The notes under the pieces are model-generated. The model saw nothing but the letters and a program-made list of their open reading frames with translations, ran no database searches and was not told the DNA's origin. A DNA stretch of 64,000 nucleotides, taken from positions 682,001-746,000 of the forward strand of contig VRMN01000003.1 in assembly GCA_008690995.1 (NCBI GenBank), read 5' to 3'. Below are positions 62,499 to 64,000 of this stretch, piece after piece (position 1 is the first letter of the stretch; each line of letters starts with the position of its first letter). A program made the translations under genes and the position numbers. Source of the stretch: Porphyridium purpureum (taxonomy: Eukaryota).

Positions 62499-63743
62499 CT
62501 ACACGCTGTCCCACAACCGGACGGGGGACGAGATGAAGCCGTTGCCAATATATCCATGCAAGATGTTCTCCTCTCCACTTCCAAGATCCAACTGTGGAAT
62601 CTCCTTCGTCGGTGGGACGCGCCCAACGAGCTCAGCCAAAGGGAGCTTGCGGTACTCCCAGCATTCCGTCGACTTTTTCTCAAGACGGGCAATCTCAGCG
62701 TCCACTTGGTTCTCATACGGACGAAGCACAAGCTCACGCTCCCTTGCCGAGCATCCGTGCACGGTCCAACGCTCCATCTTAGCGCTTTCGAGGCGCGCCT
62801 TCCAAAGAGAGGCGACCGCAAGGCACTCGCCCACAGTTTGCATCTTTTCGTCCAGCAAGGATGCCTCGGCTCTGCTCAACTGGGTGAGGTAATTTGCGAT
62901 GTTCGCGAGCGAAAACCCAACAACAGTCATCCGGTCCGTGCGTGTCAAATCCTCCAGGTCCTGGTCGGCGCACTCCTGCAAGGCCTTGGAGTCAGCGTTG
63001 AATTCCTCAATCAGCTTCACTACTTCGTCCAGATTCGGCGTCGCAGGACAAACGAAGTTGACTCCGCTCGCAGTTGCAGAAATCTCGAGCGAAAGCTGGT
63101 AAGAGCTTTCCTCATTTCGGCGAGCGAAGTCGGCAGAAAACTCCACCGACAGAGGTCTCACACCAATAGCTCCCTTCAGCTTGGCCATAATATCCGACAG
63201 ATCCGTATCCTCCGAAGAAGTGACTGAAAACTGCACGTCCAGCTGGCACCCGAAGAAAATCTGGTCCACAAACTTTGTACCATACCGATCGGCGATGTCA
63301 TCTCTACCAAACTCGTTTGATGCCAGCATCGACGCGAGGTCGCTGACGGGCTCAAGCATGCCTTTGTCGCCCTGCTTTATCTGGGCAAGGGAGTGGCAAA
63401 CACGGCTTCTGTACCGCAGCGTAGACCTGCGCGAAGTATGAACCGATTGCGAGAGATACGTTCCGGAACCTGCGCCAGAGATAAGCGGTCCGTACGAAAC
63501 GCTCAAGTGGCCTGCGATTTCCATGTGCTTTTTGACTTTGTCATCCGAATCCATGATCTCGCAGAAGACAGACGCATGCTTCGCGGTCTTGAAGACTGTG
63601 CGCCCGTCATCCACCTTGAACGCACGACGCTTGAAGGCTTCCTCACCGCTCTGGATGTTGAGTTTGAACCCGCGGCCGAGGTCGTACGCAGACAGGCCCT
63701 GGGGAAAGCCGTTGCCTACAATGACAGGAACGATCTGCACCAT
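62499..63743 (-). CDS. Stonustoxin-like MACPF/CDC pore-forming domain protein
   Basis: EIMDSDDKVKKHMEIAGHLSVSYGPLISGAGSGTYL and YGTKFVDQIFFG resemble the stonustoxin N-terminal domain and the MACPF YGTHF...GG signature; followed by a helical region. First ATG at 63743. Confidence 0.72.
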   Translation of the reverse strand: MVQIVPVIVGNGFPQGLSAYDLGRGFKLNIQSGEEAFKRRAFKVDDGRTVFKTAKHASVFCEIMDSDDKVKKHMEIAGHLSVSYGPLISGAGSGTYLSQSVHTSRRSTLRYRSRVCHSLAQIKQGDKGMLEPVSDLASMLASNEFGRDDIADRYGTKFVDQIFFGCQLDVQFSVTSSEDTDLSDIMAKLKGAIGVRPLSVEFSADFARRNEESSYQLSLEISATASGVNFVCPATPNLDEVVKLIEEFNADSKALQECADQDLEDLTRTDRMTVVGFSLANIANYLTQLSRAEASLLDEKMQTVGECLAVASLWKARLESAKMERWTVHGCSARERELVLRPYENQVDAEIARLEKKSTECWEYRKLPLAELVGRVPPTKEIPQLDLGSGEENILHGYIGNGFISSPVRLWDSV

Positions 63744-64000
63744 TTTGAATCCCACACCGCCCTGTGCCCCGTCCGCTATCAACACTCCATTTTTTCTGGA
63801 AGACGAGTGCCCTTGCCCAATTCAGATTCACAACCTCCACGCCTTGCCCTCGTGCGTCCCAACATGGCTTCCTCAGCCTTCTTCTCGATCTACTTTCAGC
63901 TTATGTAACCCATCAGGAGAACTCATGTCCAACCTTGCGTTGCATGAGGATCGCTCACAAGTTCGTTGTCGCGGTGAGTGGACATCATGACTTCGTTCGC

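Overview
Gene-dense, almost intron-free eukaryotic nuclear DNA. Plastid transit peptides of the MA(x)F type, a probable phycobilisome linker, thylakoid-lumen proteins and a single spliceosomal intron point to a unicellular red alga (Porphyridium-like; this is inference). About 37 protein genes are called. Most are housekeeping (DPH6, NUF2, SSADH, ISE2-like helicase, PLPBP, alpha-tubulin, KRR1, SmD1, eL20, uL14, glucosidase II beta, TFIIH p44, mitochondrial AspAT, QPRT). The window also holds an ionotropic glutamate receptor, three glycosyltransferases, tRNA-Lys(CTT) and a decayed Tc1/mariner transposase that the ORF track misses. The strongest candidate for an undescribed system is at the right end: a stonustoxin-like MACPF pore-forming domain, then a single in-frame TAG, then an AIG1/TRAFAC-type GTPase with a Cys-rich Zn module and a SAM-like domain. 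It looks like a readthrough-controlled, or recently broken, pore-former/GTPase immune-like fusion. Other items worth checking are a catalytically dead malate dehydrogenase with a mitochondrial-type presequence, a DUF1752-GT4 fusion, clustered CHR-like TTTGAA elements before two mitotic genes, and nested splice signals in the SmD1 intron. All family assignments come from motif recognition by eye; no database search was run.
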